Shown in pieces: positions 14,497-23,562 of a stretch of 55,838 bases of DNA (its first letter is position 1; the number at the start of each line of letters is the position of its first letter). A program made the position numbers and the translations under genes. The notes under the pieces were generated by a model. That model did not search any database. It was not told where the DNA came from and saw only the letters and a program-made list of their open reading frames with translations. The stretch is from positions 1 through 55,838 of the IMG/VR virus record IMGVR_UViG_3300046808_000835; one strand, 5' to 3'. Source of the stretch: a virus. Taxonomy: Duplodnaviria; Caudoviricetes.

Positions 14497-15415
14497 ACCT
14501 ACAGTAAATGGAACCAACGGCATTAGAGTGGCCGTGCTAGCAGATAGTGTTAATAGTCAAGGTAACAGACTAACCACACTAGAAATTGAATATCCTAGAT
14601 TTATCTTAAGTGAACTAAACACTCACCGTATGCTAAGCAAGAACAGTGCGTCTAGTCGTGCTATTCCACTGCAAAAAATGCATGAGCATATTCGTGAAAA
14701 TCCCGCAATGCCAGTTAACTGGGGTCGTAATCGTAGCGGCATGCAAGCCACAGAAGAATTGCGAACCACAGAACGTAAAGCGGCTGAGGGTGTATGGCTA
14801 GCAGCGCGCGATCAAATGTTGTCACACAGCAACATCTTAAGTCAAATTGGCTTACACAAACAAGTTGCTAACCGTATCACAGAACCTTGGATGATGATGA
14901 AAACGGTTATTAGTGGTACAGAGTGGTCAAACTTTTTATGGCTGCGGGACCATGAAGACGCACAACCTGAGTTTGCACACTTAGCATTTTTAATTCGTTG
15001 TGCGCTAGAAACCAGTGAGCCACAACTGTTATACCCCGGTGAGTGGCACACACCATATGTTGAAACAGAACGTCGTGGTGGTACACTGCAATATTATACG
15101 CAACACAATGATTGTTTAACGCCTGAACAAGCATTAATCATCAGCGCTAGCTGTTGTGCTCAAGTAAGTTATCGCCGTAATGATGAAACACTAGAAAAAG
15201 CGCAACAAATTTTTGACCGATTAATTAATAGTGAGCCAGTACATGCTAGTCCGGTTGAACATCAAGCAACACCTGTTAGGCCAAACTTAACGTTTATTAC
15301 ACCAGAGACTTGGCCAGCGGGTGTTACACATCAGGACAGAACTGGCCGTTTATGGTCTGCTAACTTTTGTGGCTGGATTCAGCATCGCAAACAGTTGCCT
15401 AATGAATCGAGGTAG
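14489..15415 (+). CDS. thyX: Flavin-dependent thymidylate synthase (Thy1/ThyX, phage type)
   Basis: YPRFILSELNTHRMLSKNSASSRAIP, HKQVANR..EPW, LR.H..AQPE, HASP.EHQA. Confidence 0.85.
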   Translation: MNKPTVNGTNGIRVAVLADSVNSQGNRLTTLEIEYPRFILSELNTHRMLSKNSASSRAIPLQKMHEHIRENPAMPVNWGRNRSGMQATEELRTTERKAAEGVWLAARDQMLSHSNILSQIGLHKQVANRITEPWMMMKTVISGTEWSNFLWLRDHEDAQPEFAHLAFLIRCALETSEPQLLYPGEWHTPYVETERRGGTLQYYTQHNDCLTPEQALIISASCCAQVSYRRNDETLEKAQQIFDRLINSEPVHASPVEHQATPVRPNLTFITPETWPAGVTHQDRTGRLWSANFCGWIQHRKQLPNESR

Positions 15416-15418
15416 TAT

Positions 15419-15754
15419 ATGAATACAGTACTGTACACTAAAGATTTAGAACCAATTACAGTTCTAAATATGCCAGTATGGGTACAAGAAGAAATTGAAA
15501 AACATGGGGCAGGCCGCATTGCTGTTCGCGGCCCCAAAGATGGTGAAGAAATGGAAGATATGCCTACCATGTTAATTGAAGTTGAAAAGCTGCAAACAAA
15601 AACTGGAGATACTGCTAGATTCTTTACTACTAAAGATGAAGAACTAGCACTTAGTATTGTGCCACAATGGTTGCCCGGTCAACTGGCAATGTATCAGTAC
15701 ATGCAAAAAATTATTAAGCGACAAAAGCAACTGTTAGACAAACTAGGCGAATAA
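15419..15754 (+). CDS. Hypothetical protein
   Basis: GAGG RBS; VLYT.DLEPITV. Confidence 0.7.
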   Translation: MNTVLYTKDLEPITVLNMPVWVQEEIEKHGAGRIAVRGPKDGEEMEDMPTMLIEVEKLQTKTGDTARFFTTKDEELALSIVPQWLPGQLAMYQYMQKIIKRQKQLLDKLGE

Positions 15755-15817
15755 TTAGTCTCTTGATTGTTTTTGTGTAAACACTTATAATATATTTTTA
15801 TTCGATAAACAAACACC

Positions 15818-16021
15818 ATGACTAAGCAGTGTGTTGTATGTGCTGATGAGTATTCTTATGTTAGATATCGGTTGGGCTACCACACCTGTCTAAGTTGTGG
15901 CGAACAGGCTGCTCGACAGCGTAAGCATTGCATTGTGCCTATGCACAAGAGCAATTATGTGCCCGTTACTAATCTTGATGACCTTAAAGGTATTAACAAT
16001 AAAGGTGGATTTTTCCGATGA
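15818..16021 (+). CDS. Small C4 zinc-finger protein
   Basis: CVVC...RLGYHTCLSCG; TTGATT-17-TATAAT promoter upstream. Confidence 0.75.
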   Translation: MTKQCVVCADEYSYVRYRLGYHTCLSCGEQAARQRKHCIVPMHKSNYVPVTNLDDLKGINNKGGFFR

Positions 16022-16290
16022 AGCTGCGTCCACAAGCACTTAGTCGTAGCCAACTTAAAACTTGGCTGCGTAAATATGGGTACAAACCACACGGCAAAAA
16101 CTGCTGGCGGCACTGTTGGCGGTATGGTGTGTTTCGTAAAGCTAACAGGCTGTACCGCTTTCGTGACTGTGGTCGTATTGTAGACGTAAGTGGACCACTA
16201 GAAACTTTTGATCGTTGGGCCAATAGTTCGGAATATCGTGCAGTGCCACAACAACTTTTTATTGCAGGAACTTACTGTGTATTCGTTTAA
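16018..16290 (+). CDS. Hypothetical basic protein
   Basis: ATGA overlap with upstream gene. Confidence 0.6.
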   Translation: MKLRPQALSRSQLKTWLRKYGYKPHGKNCWRHCWRYGVFRKANRLYRFRDCGRIVDVSGPLETFDRWANSSEYRAVPQQLFIAGTYCVFV

Positions 16291-16585
16291 CTTTTCGGGC
16301 TATAGATTTCAAATGGGCAGCTTTGCATGTCCTGAGCAGTATGATGTGTACTGGAATGGTGTTGTAATGGCATATGTTAGATTGCGTCATGGTACACTTC
16401 GAGTACATGTGCCGGACTTTCCTGGTAAAGTAATTTTTGAAACTACTCAGGTTGAGGGTGACGGTTGCTTTACTTGCAGTGAGCGGCCGCAACAGCTTAA
16501 GCGTGTTGTTGAGGCAATTGATAGTTACTACGCAAACAAACCTTATGAAGATCTAGCGCAATACGAACTTGCGTTTACGGAATAA
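16208..16585 (+). CDS. Hypothetical protein (true start probably downstream)
   Basis: ACPEQYDVY...AYVRLRHG motif. Confidence 0.65.
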   Translation: MIVGPIVRNIVQCHNNFLLQELTVYSFNFSGYRFQMGSFACPEQYDVYWNGVVMAYVRLRHGTLRVHVPDFPGKVIFETTQVEGDGCFTCSERPQQLKRVVEAIDSYYANKPYEDLAQYELAFTE

Positions 16586-16671
16586 CCCAAGGGCTTTCAA
16601 CCACAAAATTTTTGTGTTTGAAAGCCTTTTTTGTTTGTGTTATAATAGTTTTTGATTTGAAAAGGCACATT

Positions 16672-17013
16672 ATGCACATCACACTTGAACTCAGCAAAAA
16701 GATTAGTGAAGTATTGCAGTCAATTGACTACAAAAAACTGGAACTCGTTACACACGCCACAGACTGGGAAATTTTTACAGATCAAGGACTAGTACTATAC
16801 GACGAGCACTGGCTCAAACAAACTGCACACGAAACCCTGTACCGCTGTGTTGAACAATTTGTTGCAAAAAACTTACAGTCACATACAGTATATTCTACTG
16901 GTTGGTACTGTGTTTGTTCTCGTGAACTAGACATTGCGTATATAGGTGACGAACCTGAAGAAGAAATTATAACTGTTAACATTCGTTTTGTAGTAGAAGA
17001 TTGCGAAAGCTGA
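16672..17013 (+). CDS. Hypothetical protein
   Basis: Met downstream of a TTGAAA-17-TATAAT promoter. Confidence 0.65.
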   Translation: MHITLELSKKISEVLQSIDYKKLELVTHATDWEIFTDQGLVLYDEHWLKQTAHETLYRCVEQFVAKNLQSHTVYSTGWYCVCSRELDIAYIGDEPEEEIITVNIRFVVEDCES

Positions 17014-17020
17014 AATAACT

Positions 17021-17215
17021 ATGATTAATACACTTTTGACTGAAGCAACCGAACTGCACCCTAATAACTCTAGTTTTATTGTGCTTAACGAACATGCATT
17101 AACAGACTTTGCTCGTCGTGTTGCAGTAGAGTCAGCATACGTTGCTAGCACGACCGGATTAGAAGGCCTTTTTCTTTATAATGCTATTCTCAAACACTTG
17201 GATATTGCAGAATGA
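17021..17215 (+). CDS. Hypothetical protein
   Basis: Packed operon gene. Confidence 0.6.
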   Translation: MINTLLTEATELHPNNSSFIVLNEHALTDFARRVAVESAYVASTTGLEGLFLYNAILKHLDIAE

Positions 17216-17439
17216 ACCCAACACTTAAAAACTTACTTGAACAAACTGGCTTTGTATTCTGGTCGGACTATGAAGCAGACCACAAAAATTCGGACAACAT
17301 TGATTGGGCCAATGACTACGATAGTGAACTAGAAGATTTTGTGTATGCACTGGTAGAAAAAATTTGTGAAACTGTGGAAACCAGCAATCAAAGTAATTTT
17401 GATCTAGCAGACACACTTCGTGAAAGATACTTGCCATGA
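17212..17439 (+). CDS. Hypothetical protein
   Basis: ATGA overlaps; GFVFW...IDWA.DYD.EL. Confidence 0.65.
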   Translation: MNPTLKNLLEQTGFVFWSDYEADHKNSDNIDWANDYDSELEDFVYALVEKICETVETSNQSNFDLADTLRERYLP

Positions 17440-17621
17440 CACCTGAAGTTTATCAAGCACGTTGCGATGCATTACTGCAAGCACTGCTAGGTCGACGTGA
17501 TGTTGTGTCATTGTGGTGGCAAAGTGCTAATGCACACTGGCAAATGCGTACACCATCAGAAGTTTTTGCAGAAGATCCTGAAACGGTATACCACTACTTG
17601 TTAAACTTTTATGACCGCTAA
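17436..17621 (+). CDS. MbcA/ParS/Xre antitoxin C-terminal-like small protein
   Basis: LLG....V..WW.SAN.....RTP.EV resembles DUF2384; no cognate RES toxin seen. Confidence 0.45.
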   Translation: MTPEVYQARCDALLQALLGRRDVVSLWWQSANAHWQMRTPSEVFAEDPETVYHYLLNFYDR

Positions 17622-17802
17622 TTACGAATACTACCAATACCACTATCAGCCTGTACAGTATAACACAAACCTAACACTAGGCGATTGGGTATTGCACGCA
17701 CTGCAGCTGCCAACAACACATCGTGCTACACTTAACCACTATTTACAACAGTACTATCAAGCAGGGTATAGTCAAGGGTTAAAAGATGCGGCCAAGTATT
17801 AA
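17611..17802 (+). CDS. Hypothetical protein
   Basis: Packed operon gene. Confidence 0.5.
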   Translation: MTANYEYYQYHYQPVQYNTNLTLGDWVLHALQLPTTHRATLNHYLQQYYQAGYSQGLKDAAKY

Positions 17803-18175
17803 CTACTCACTTAACTGGATGGGTCCCATCTCACTAGACTGGTATAAAACGCGTGGTTTTACTAAATCCATCACAGTGACGGTTGAGCCAGATAGTTGGT
17901 TGGTTAACTATAAAGGCTATCAAGCTGGCGATACGGTTACATTTGATGAAATAGTTACACGGTATAGCTGTGGTCGTATTGATGTGTGGGGTACTGGTCT
18001 TGAGTATGGACCGGAAATTGCAGTACCAGTTATGCGGCATGATAGCTGGTATCTGTTTGGCAATTGGCTACAAAACTTTTGTACAGACCATGTATACACA
18101 CTTTGTGAACTGGTTACAGAATACGAGCAAACTAATCTTAAAATTTGTTGGTACAGAGATGAACATACTACCTAA
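17786..18175 (+). CDS. Hypothetical protein
   Basis: 129-aa ORF in operon. Confidence 0.65.
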   Translation: MRPSINYSLNWMGPISLDWYKTRGFTKSITVTVEPDSWLVNYKGYQAGDTVTFDEIVTRYSCGRIDVWGTGLEYGPEIAVPVMRHDSWYLFGNWLQNFCTDHVYTLCELVTEYEQTNLKICWYRDEHTT

Positions 18176-18394
18176 AGACTGGCTTTACTTTGTGTCACTA
18201 GCATACAAACACTACGAACACCAATCACCAGAAGTTAAACAGTTCGTTACGTGGCTATACAAACAGTACGGCATTGTAGAACCAAGCGATAACAGTTAAT
18301 CTTATAGCCCAAGGGGTTGTGACCACAATTATTTTGTGTTTGCAAGCCCTTGGGCTTTGTGTTATAATATTTCTTTGAGTTAATAAACGAAACA

Positions 18395-18733
18395 ATGAAC
18401 TACGAACCAGACCATTGGGTTATTGTAGAAATATCTGGAACAGAAACCGCCGTATATCACAGAATTTTAGCTGGTTGGTATGGTGGTTATGTAACTGGTG
18501 ACAGTTGGCGAATTAGTAGCGGTATTGTAAAAATAACTGATTGTGACACACACTACCAAGTAGTTAATCACAGCGGCAGTATTTACCGTCTTCGCAAAGA
18601 TTGTGAAGGCTTTAACTACTATATGCGAAATATTTATGAACAGCAGAAAAAACAGTGTGCCACACTTGAACTAGAATACTATAGACTGCTTGTTAGTGAT
18701 GTGTTACACCTTTATGAGAACAAACATGACTAA
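18395..18733 (+). CDS. Hypothetical phage protein
   Basis: Y.PD.WV...ILAGWYGGY..GDSWR..SGI; own promoter. Confidence 0.75.
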   Translation: MNYEPDHWVIVEISGTETAVYHRILAGWYGGYVTGDSWRISSGIVKITDCDTHYQVVNHSGSIYRLRKDCEGFNYYMRNIYEQQKKQCATLELEYYRLLVSDVLHLYENKHD

Positions 18734-18947
18734 AGCACAGTTTGAACAACTGCTAGAACAGCACGACATTATGTTTACAGGCGAAGCTGCTTATCGTGTA
18801 GCACAACTTGTTGTGTTACATGAACGTGATCGTTGTGTGCGTGCTTGTCGTGACTTACATGTGTACGGCAGTGATGCTATGCAGCGATTGCAAATTGCAA
18901 CCATTGAAGACTGTGTATTGGCTATACAAGACGAAACTTATGAATGA
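18726..18947 (+). CDS. Hypothetical protein
   Basis: AQLV..HER..C motif shared with 20897 and 21136. Confidence 0.6.
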   Translation: MTKAQFEQLLEQHDIMFTGEAAYRVAQLVVLHERDRCVRACRDLHVYGSDAMQRLQIATIEDCVLAIQDETYE

Positions 18948-19155
18948 CCGAATCGCTAAACTGTACGATGAGTGTATTGTACTGGAAAATGGACAAGATT
19001 ACGTGGCCGGCGAACTAGACGTTGCGAAGTTTGTGAACCTGGTAGAAAGTGAGGTTTTTCTTGAAGGTTACTATGCCGGACTCTCAGACTGTTTGCAAAA
19101 TGGCTTGCAGTGGGCACTAAACTGGCTTGAAGATCAAGAAATTGATGAAAAATGA
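18940..19155 (+). CDS. Hypothetical protein
   Basis: MNDRIAKL...; overlaps neighbours by a few nt. Confidence 0.6.
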   Translation: MNDRIAKLYDECIVLENGQDYVAGELDVAKFVNLVESEVFLEGYYAGLSDCLQNGLQWALNWLEDQEIDEK

Positions 19156-19412
19156 ATGAAACACTAGAAAACTTGCTTTATCGTTCAGGCTTAACAGCAC
19201 AAGGTGGCTGGGATGCGCTTGATGAATACCAGCGTGATTGTGTACTTAAACTTGTTGAACTAACGGTACATGACTGTGTTGACAAGATTGAAACTTATAG
19301 AATTCCTGTTGGCAACAGTAGACTGGGCGAATTAGCTTGTGAGTGGACTTATAGAGCACTTAAAGAAATTCGTGATGACATTTATACACATTTTGGAACT
19401 AAACATGCGTAA
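19152..19412 (+). CDS. Hypothetical protein
   Basis: ATGA overlap. Confidence 0.65.
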   Translation: MNETLENLLYRSGLTAQGGWDALDEYQRDCVLKLVELTVHDCVDKIETYRIPVGNSRLGELACEWTYRALKEIRDDIYTHFGTKHA

Positions 19413-19653
19413 CAGACACGGTGAAACATACAGTTTTGAACAGGTAGAACCCAACATTTATAAATATGTAGGCAATACCAGTTACTGCCGTATGGGTGCA
19501 GTTGAGGGTCAAGATGTTGTAGATCTCAACAACCTAGGCTTTTTTGATCCTAGTGGCGGGCCTTTTGTGGGTGTGGGCGGAATGTTGAATGGGCATGAAA
19601 TTGTCAAGATCGCCAGTACTCAAGACGGTATTTTTATCACAACCCAACCTTAA
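19405..19653 (+). CDS. Hypothetical protein
   Basis: MRNRHG.TY.F...FFDPSGGPF. Confidence 0.65.
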   Translation: MRNRHGETYSFEQVEPNIYKYVGNTSYCRMGAVEGQDVVDLNNLGFFDPSGGPFVGVGGMLNGHEIVKIASTQDGIFITTQP

Positions 19654-19659
19654 AAAAAT

Positions 19660-19730
19660 CCTCTAGTAGCTCCAAAGGTAGAGTCTGATTAAACATCAGG
19701 GTGTGGCAGGTTCGATTCCTGTCCTAGAGG
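19660..19730 (+). pseudogene. Degenerate tRNA (shortened anticodon arm, no CCA)
   Basis: CCTCTAG-TA-GCTC..GAGT-CTGA TTAAACA TCAG-...GCAGG TTCGATT CCTGT-CTAGAGG. Confidence 0.6.
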
Positions 19731-19741
19731 TACTAAGAAAA

Positions 19742-20383
19742 ATGAACGCAACAGAAATGCAAGGTTCACCCTGTCCAGAGTTCTGGATCTGGCTGCCACA
19801 AGCATACCACAACGGCGACGTTGGAATTCAAGCTAAGTTTACTAAATACAATATGGAAGTAGCATTTTTAGCTGGTAAACAATTTGCATTTAACCAGTTG
19901 GATATGCAAAAGCAAAATATTACAGAAAACATGAACGCACTACAAGCAGCAGCACAACAAGCACTGGCGGCATTGAAAAATAACAAACGAGTACATTACT
20001 ATTGCGAGGACACTTGGTATTCGTGCCCAAAGCATGAAGAAGGGTGTGCTAACGAAAACGAAGGCGATGAATGTAATTGTGGTGCTGATGAAGTAAACAA
20101 GGTACTGGATGCGGCTATTGCAGATCTTGAAGCCGCGCTGGAGCAGCCAGAGCAGGAGCCGGTGGGCCAGTTGCAGGAAGAGGCATTTGGTCGCGGGCAA
20201 GTCCTGTGGTTTCACAAGCCTACTGACGGGACACCCCTCTACACCCACCCACCACGCCGTGCTTGGCAGACTCTGACTGATGCAGAGATTGTTAAACTAG
20301 CAGATGAGGTTGACGGTGAAGAACACGGTGTTGAACTCTTTGCCCGCGCCATTGAAGCCACATTACAGGAGCGGAACGCATGA
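19742..20383 (+). CDS. Hypothetical mosaic phage protein
   Basis: H..CED.WYSCP...C.C metal motif; ALEQPEQEPV...LYT.P..W..LTD.EI segments. Confidence 0.7.
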   Translation: MNATEMQGSPCPEFWIWLPQAYHNGDVGIQAKFTKYNMEVAFLAGKQFAFNQLDMQKQNITENMNALQAAAQQALAALKNNKRVHYYCEDTWYSCPKHEEGCANENEGDECNCGADEVNKVLDAAIADLEAALEQPEQEPVGQLQEEAFGRGQVLWFHKPTDGTPLYTHPPRRAWQTLTDAEIVKLADEVDGEEHGVELFARAIEATLQERNA

Positions 20384-20586
20384 CTAACAATGAACCAGCG
20401 TTTCCTGTTGTTGGTCAGTGGTACGGTGATCGACTAGGCGGACAACTAACACACGGCATGACACTGCGCGATTACTTTGCGGCTAAAGCTATGCAGCCTT
20501 TAATTGAAAAATATAGCCACGACGGGGATGTGTCAAGAAACGCTTACAAAATCGCCGACGCCATGCTACAAGCGAGGGACCAATGA
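20380..20586 (+). CDS. Hypothetical protein (GMTLRDYFAAKAM type)
   Basis: PAFP...GMTLRDYFAAKAMQ...AY.IADAML.AR. Confidence 0.8.
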   Translation: MTNNEPAFPVVGQWYGDRLGGQLTHGMTLRDYFAAKAMQPLIEKYSHDGDVSRNAYKIADAMLQARDQ

Positions 20587-20894
20587 CTAGAGTTCCAGAC
20601 ATGGTTTGCATTCCACATCAAATTCCTGCGTGCAGGGTGTGTGAAACTTATAGCAAGGTTGAGTATAAATTGAGTAAAAATAATCAACCAAAAGCTCTAC
20701 AGCTTGCCAATCAGCTTGAGCAAGCCCCAGGATACTGCTTCAACAAGATGTATTGCGAATCCGCCGCCGAACTGCGCCGGTTGCATGAGTTGAATCAGGA
20801 GCTGCTGTGGTCGTTGCGTGCTGCTGCAAATTACATTGACACGCTTGGTGGCACTAGCAAATCTTACCGTAGCACTATTATTAAAGCAGAATAA
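20583..20894 (+). CDS. Hypothetical protein
   Basis: QPKALQLA..LE...AAELRRLH. Confidence 0.65.
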   Translation: MTRVPDMVCIPHQIPACRVCETYSKVEYKLSKNNQPKALQLANQLEQAPGYCFNKMYCESAAELRRLHELNQELLWSLRAAANYIDTLGGTSKSYRSTIIKAE

Positions 20895-20896
20895 AC

Positions 20897-21139
20897 ATGA
20901 CACATAACGACATTATCAAACTGGCAAAGCAAGCTGGCTATGAGGCGGATATGTTTGGTATAGGCATTTGGGACTCGGCAGAGTTCAACAGTTTTGCACA
21001 ACTAGTAGCGCAATATGAGCGTGAAGTGTGTGCCCAACTATGTGAAAGCATGGACGAACCCAATCTACAACTACGTTATGAGTATAAACGTGGTGCGCTA
21101 AACTGCGCTGATGCTATCAGAGCTAGGAGCAAGACATGA
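20897..21139 (+). CDS. Hypothetical protein, paralogue 1
   Basis: MTHNDIIKLAKQAG...FAQLVAQYEREVCAQLCE...CADAIRAR. Confidence 0.75.
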   Translation: MTHNDIIKLAKQAGYEADMFGIGIWDSAEFNSFAQLVAQYEREVCAQLCESMDEPNLQLRYEYKRGALNCADAIRARSKT

Positions 21140-21396
21140 CACATAGTGACATTATCAAACTAGCACAAGAGGCTGGACTATTGGTTTTGCTTGATGAGGA
21201 TTGCTTTCAAAAAATGGGAACAAAGAATTTTGATGCTACCAAGAAAGTACTTGGACGCTTTGCCGCCCTCGTCGCCGCACACGAGCGTGAAGCGTGTGCT
21301 AAAGTATGTGAAGCCAGATACATGGGCGATAACAACCGCGAAGATATGGAGGCAAGGCGTTGTGCCGCCGCCATCAGAGCAAGGGGTCAAGCATGA
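21136..21396 (+). CDS. Hypothetical protein, paralogue 2
   Basis: MTHSDIIKLAQEAG...FAALVAAHEREACAKVCE...CAAAIRAR. Confidence 0.75.
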   Translation: MTHSDIIKLAQEAGLLVLLDEDCFQKMGTKNFDATKKVLGRFAALVAAHEREACAKVCEARYMGDNNREDMEARRCAAAIRARGQA

Positions 21397-21551
21397 ACCA
21401 ACTACCTAGTGGTTGGCGGTTTAGAACGAACTGGCGTGGTCAAATGATATTGCAACGCAGACACCGGGAATTAGGTGGCTATCCTGGCGACTGGATACTT
21501 GTGTGGCGAGATGCTACTGTTGAAGATTTACACGTGTTATTTAGTGAGTAA
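21393..21551 (+). CDS. Hypothetical protein
   Basis: ATGA overlap; WRFR..WRG..ILQ...WRDA.VEDL. Confidence 0.6.
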   Translation: MNQLPSGWRFRTNWRGQMILQRRHRELGGYPGDWILVWRDATVEDLHVLFSE

Positions 21552-21553
21552 CT

Positions 21554-21895
21554 ATGAACCTAAAAAACTATCCTTATCCAGTACTAGAACTAGCCGCAAA
21601 AACTCAGAGATTAAGCTACTCACAAACACAAAGCTGGAACAGCTTACAACAACTGCCACAAGAGTATGCGTCTGCTATAATTTATCAACAAGCTGCCAGT
21701 GCTATTGCACGTGAGTTTGTAGAACATGTAACAAAACACATGTTAATTTCGCACAGAGATACACCCGTTGGACGTGTTACTGAGTTTGAAGCAGTTGCAT
21801 TAAGCTATACAGAACTGGTGGAGCTACTATATCGTGCTTATGCTGAGGGTGAAACTAGTGGTATGAAAAGAACTAAATTTTATGTTAGAGATTGA
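21554..21895 (+). CDS. Hypothetical protein
   Basis: Packed operon gene. Confidence 0.65.
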   Translation: MNLKNYPYPVLELAAKTQRLSYSQTQSWNSLQQLPQEYASAIIYQQAASAIAREFVEHVTKHMLISHRDTPVGRVTEFEAVALSYTELVELLYRAYAEGETSGMKRTKFYVRD

Positions 21896-21898
21896 AAC

Positions 21899-22090
21899 AT
21901 GATTAAACTTGTACCAGAAACCATTGTAGGCTATGACGAACTAGATCAGCCCGTATTTACCGTCACCAGTTACGACGACCAGGTGGCCACAGTAACACTG
22001 CATGATAGCTTGGTAAGCAAACACAGCTGGCCAGAACTTGCACAAGCCGTTCAGCGTGCACTTGAACAGTTATACCCAGATGAAACTTAA
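21899..22090 (+). CDS. Hypothetical protein
   Basis: Packed operon gene. Confidence 0.6.
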   Translation: MIKLVPETIVGYDELDQPVFTVTSYDDQVATVTLHDSLVSKHSWPELAQAVQRALEQLYPDET

Positions 22091-22304
22091 ACAAACACTA
22101 ATCGCCATAGACCAACTCATAAACGCCGTCCTAGGCGGTTGGGCTGATGAAACACTGTCAAGCAGAGCATGGCGGTTGAGGGTCAAGCGGCCTTGGGTAT
22201 ACCGTACTATTGATTGTCTATTCTTTTGGGATCCTAACCACTGTTACAACAGTTATCAGAGTGAAGTACAACGACGTCAACTACCACCACAATTTAGACT
22301 ATGA
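22080..22304 (+). CDS. Hypothetical phage protein
   Basis: LIAIDQL.NA.LGG..DETLSSRAWR...ID.LFFW..NHC. Confidence 0.75.
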   Translation: MKLKQTLIAIDQLINAVLGGWADETLSSRAWRLRVKRPWVYRTIDCLFFWDPNHCYNSYQSEVQRRQLPPQFRL

Positions 22305-22912
22305 AATTCAAAGCACGTAAACCAGGCTCTAACTGGATTCCTCCACATAAAATTGTTGAACGACTATGGCCGTTTCGTGATTGGGATGTTGTGGCAATTG
22401 AGGACTATCCACAAACACTACTAAAATGCCTAAGGCCTGTTAGCGTGGCACTAGAGTGGGTTCTAGACCGTGTACGACCACCACAGTTTAGGGTAAAACT
22501 TGATCACTGGGATACTTGGTCAATGGACTACACTCTAGCACAAATCATTCATCCCATGTTGATCCAGCTTAAGGACACTAAACAAGGATCGCCACATGTT
22601 GATGACGGTGATGTGCCTGAGCATCTTAAGAGTACTAGTGCACCGCCCAAAGAAAACGACTGGGACACTGATGCAAACTGGCATGATCGTTGGACTTATG
22701 TCGTAGACGAAATGATCTGGACATTCCAACAGCTAAAAACTCAGAATCATGATGAACAGTTTTATACTTATGATGCAGTGCCTGAGTCTGCTAGCTTTGA
22801 ACAACAACTTAAGTCAGTACACTTAGACGAAGTAAGTTACAACGCTCACTATGCTCGTATCCAAAACGGCACCAGACTCTTTGGCAAATACTACCAATCA
22901 CTGTGGGACTAA
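22301..22912 (+). CDS. Hypothetical phage protein
   Basis: DTWSMDYTLAQIIHPMLIQLK...G..LFGKYY.SLWD. Confidence 0.8.
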   Translation: MKFKARKPGSNWIPPHKIVERLWPFRDWDVVAIEDYPQTLLKCLRPVSVALEWVLDRVRPPQFRVKLDHWDTWSMDYTLAQIIHPMLIQLKDTKQGSPHVDDGDVPEHLKSTSAPPKENDWDTDANWHDRWTYVVDEMIWTFQQLKTQNHDEQFYTYDAVPESASFEQQLKSVHLDEVSYNAHYARIQNGTRLFGKYYQSLWD

Positions 22913-22913
22913 C

Positions 22914-23117
22914 ATGTTGACCAAAACCGAAAAAATTGACTACGATGCCAGTAACCCTCAACACCGCGAACTGTACTACCGTTTCGTCAAAAAACAGACT
23001 TGGCATACCACTCCCCCTTGGCGACTAAAACCACCTTACACCAATTTGCCACAGCAATTGCATTCGGAAACACTCAGTTACTACCTCCATCATGAGTTCG
23101 AAAACCACGGTAACTAA
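22914..23117 (+). CDS. Hypothetical protein
   Basis: YDASN.QHR..Y..F....TW. Confidence 0.6.
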   Translation: MLTKTEKIDYDASNPQHRELYYRFVKKQTWHTTPPWRLKPPYTNLPQQLHSETLSYYLHHEFENHGN

Positions 23118-23316
23118 CTATCTAGGTGTGTTTCAGCAACGACTGGACATGCAGCTAGCCAGACTTAAAGAACTGCTCAAAACACCGAAACGTCACCGTG
23201 ACAAGCATAAGATTAAGCATGTAGTCAGAGAAGCTAAGTTTCTTAAAAAACTATTACGAGAACACCGTCCCAAAAATACATGCCCACACTGCCATCGAGA
23301 ATTACCCAGCCCATAA
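23092..23316 (+). CDS. Basic hypothetical protein with C-terminal CPHC
   Basis: 74-aa ORF ending before a promoter. Confidence 0.65.
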   Translation: MSSKTTVTNYLGVFQQRLDMQLARLKELLKTPKRHRDKHKIKHVVREAKFLKKLLREHRPKNTCPHCHRELPSP

Positions 23317-23327
23317 AAAATTTACAC

Positions 23328-23356
23328 TAGACAATTGCAAAAAAGTATGCTATAAT
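23328..23356 (+). promoter_or_regulatory. sigma70-type promoter for D2/D3
   Basis: TAGACA-17-TATAAT (extended TG). Confidence 0.7.
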
Positions 23357-23385
23357 TTAGTATAAATTCTAGAGATTTCAATACG

Positions 23386-23516
23386 GGTAATGTGTTCCGG
23401 TTTAATGTAAAAACACAATTTTGCGTCGCAGTAGCAGGAGGGGCCCCTCCGGGGAGGTTGCTTGCAGCTGCAGCAAATTAGTGTGCAGTTACATGTGAAC
23501 ATGAAAACACATTACC
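23386..23516 (+). ncRNA. Long rod-like hairpin in the D2 leader
   Basis: GGTAATGTGTT/AACACATTACC outer stem; nested ATGTAA/TTACAT, ACAC/GTGT, AATTTTGC/GCAAATT. Confidence 0.5.
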
Positions 23517-23562
23517 TTTAGTTGGGGCAAATTCTGCTTATTGCTTTTAAAAAAATTAACTG

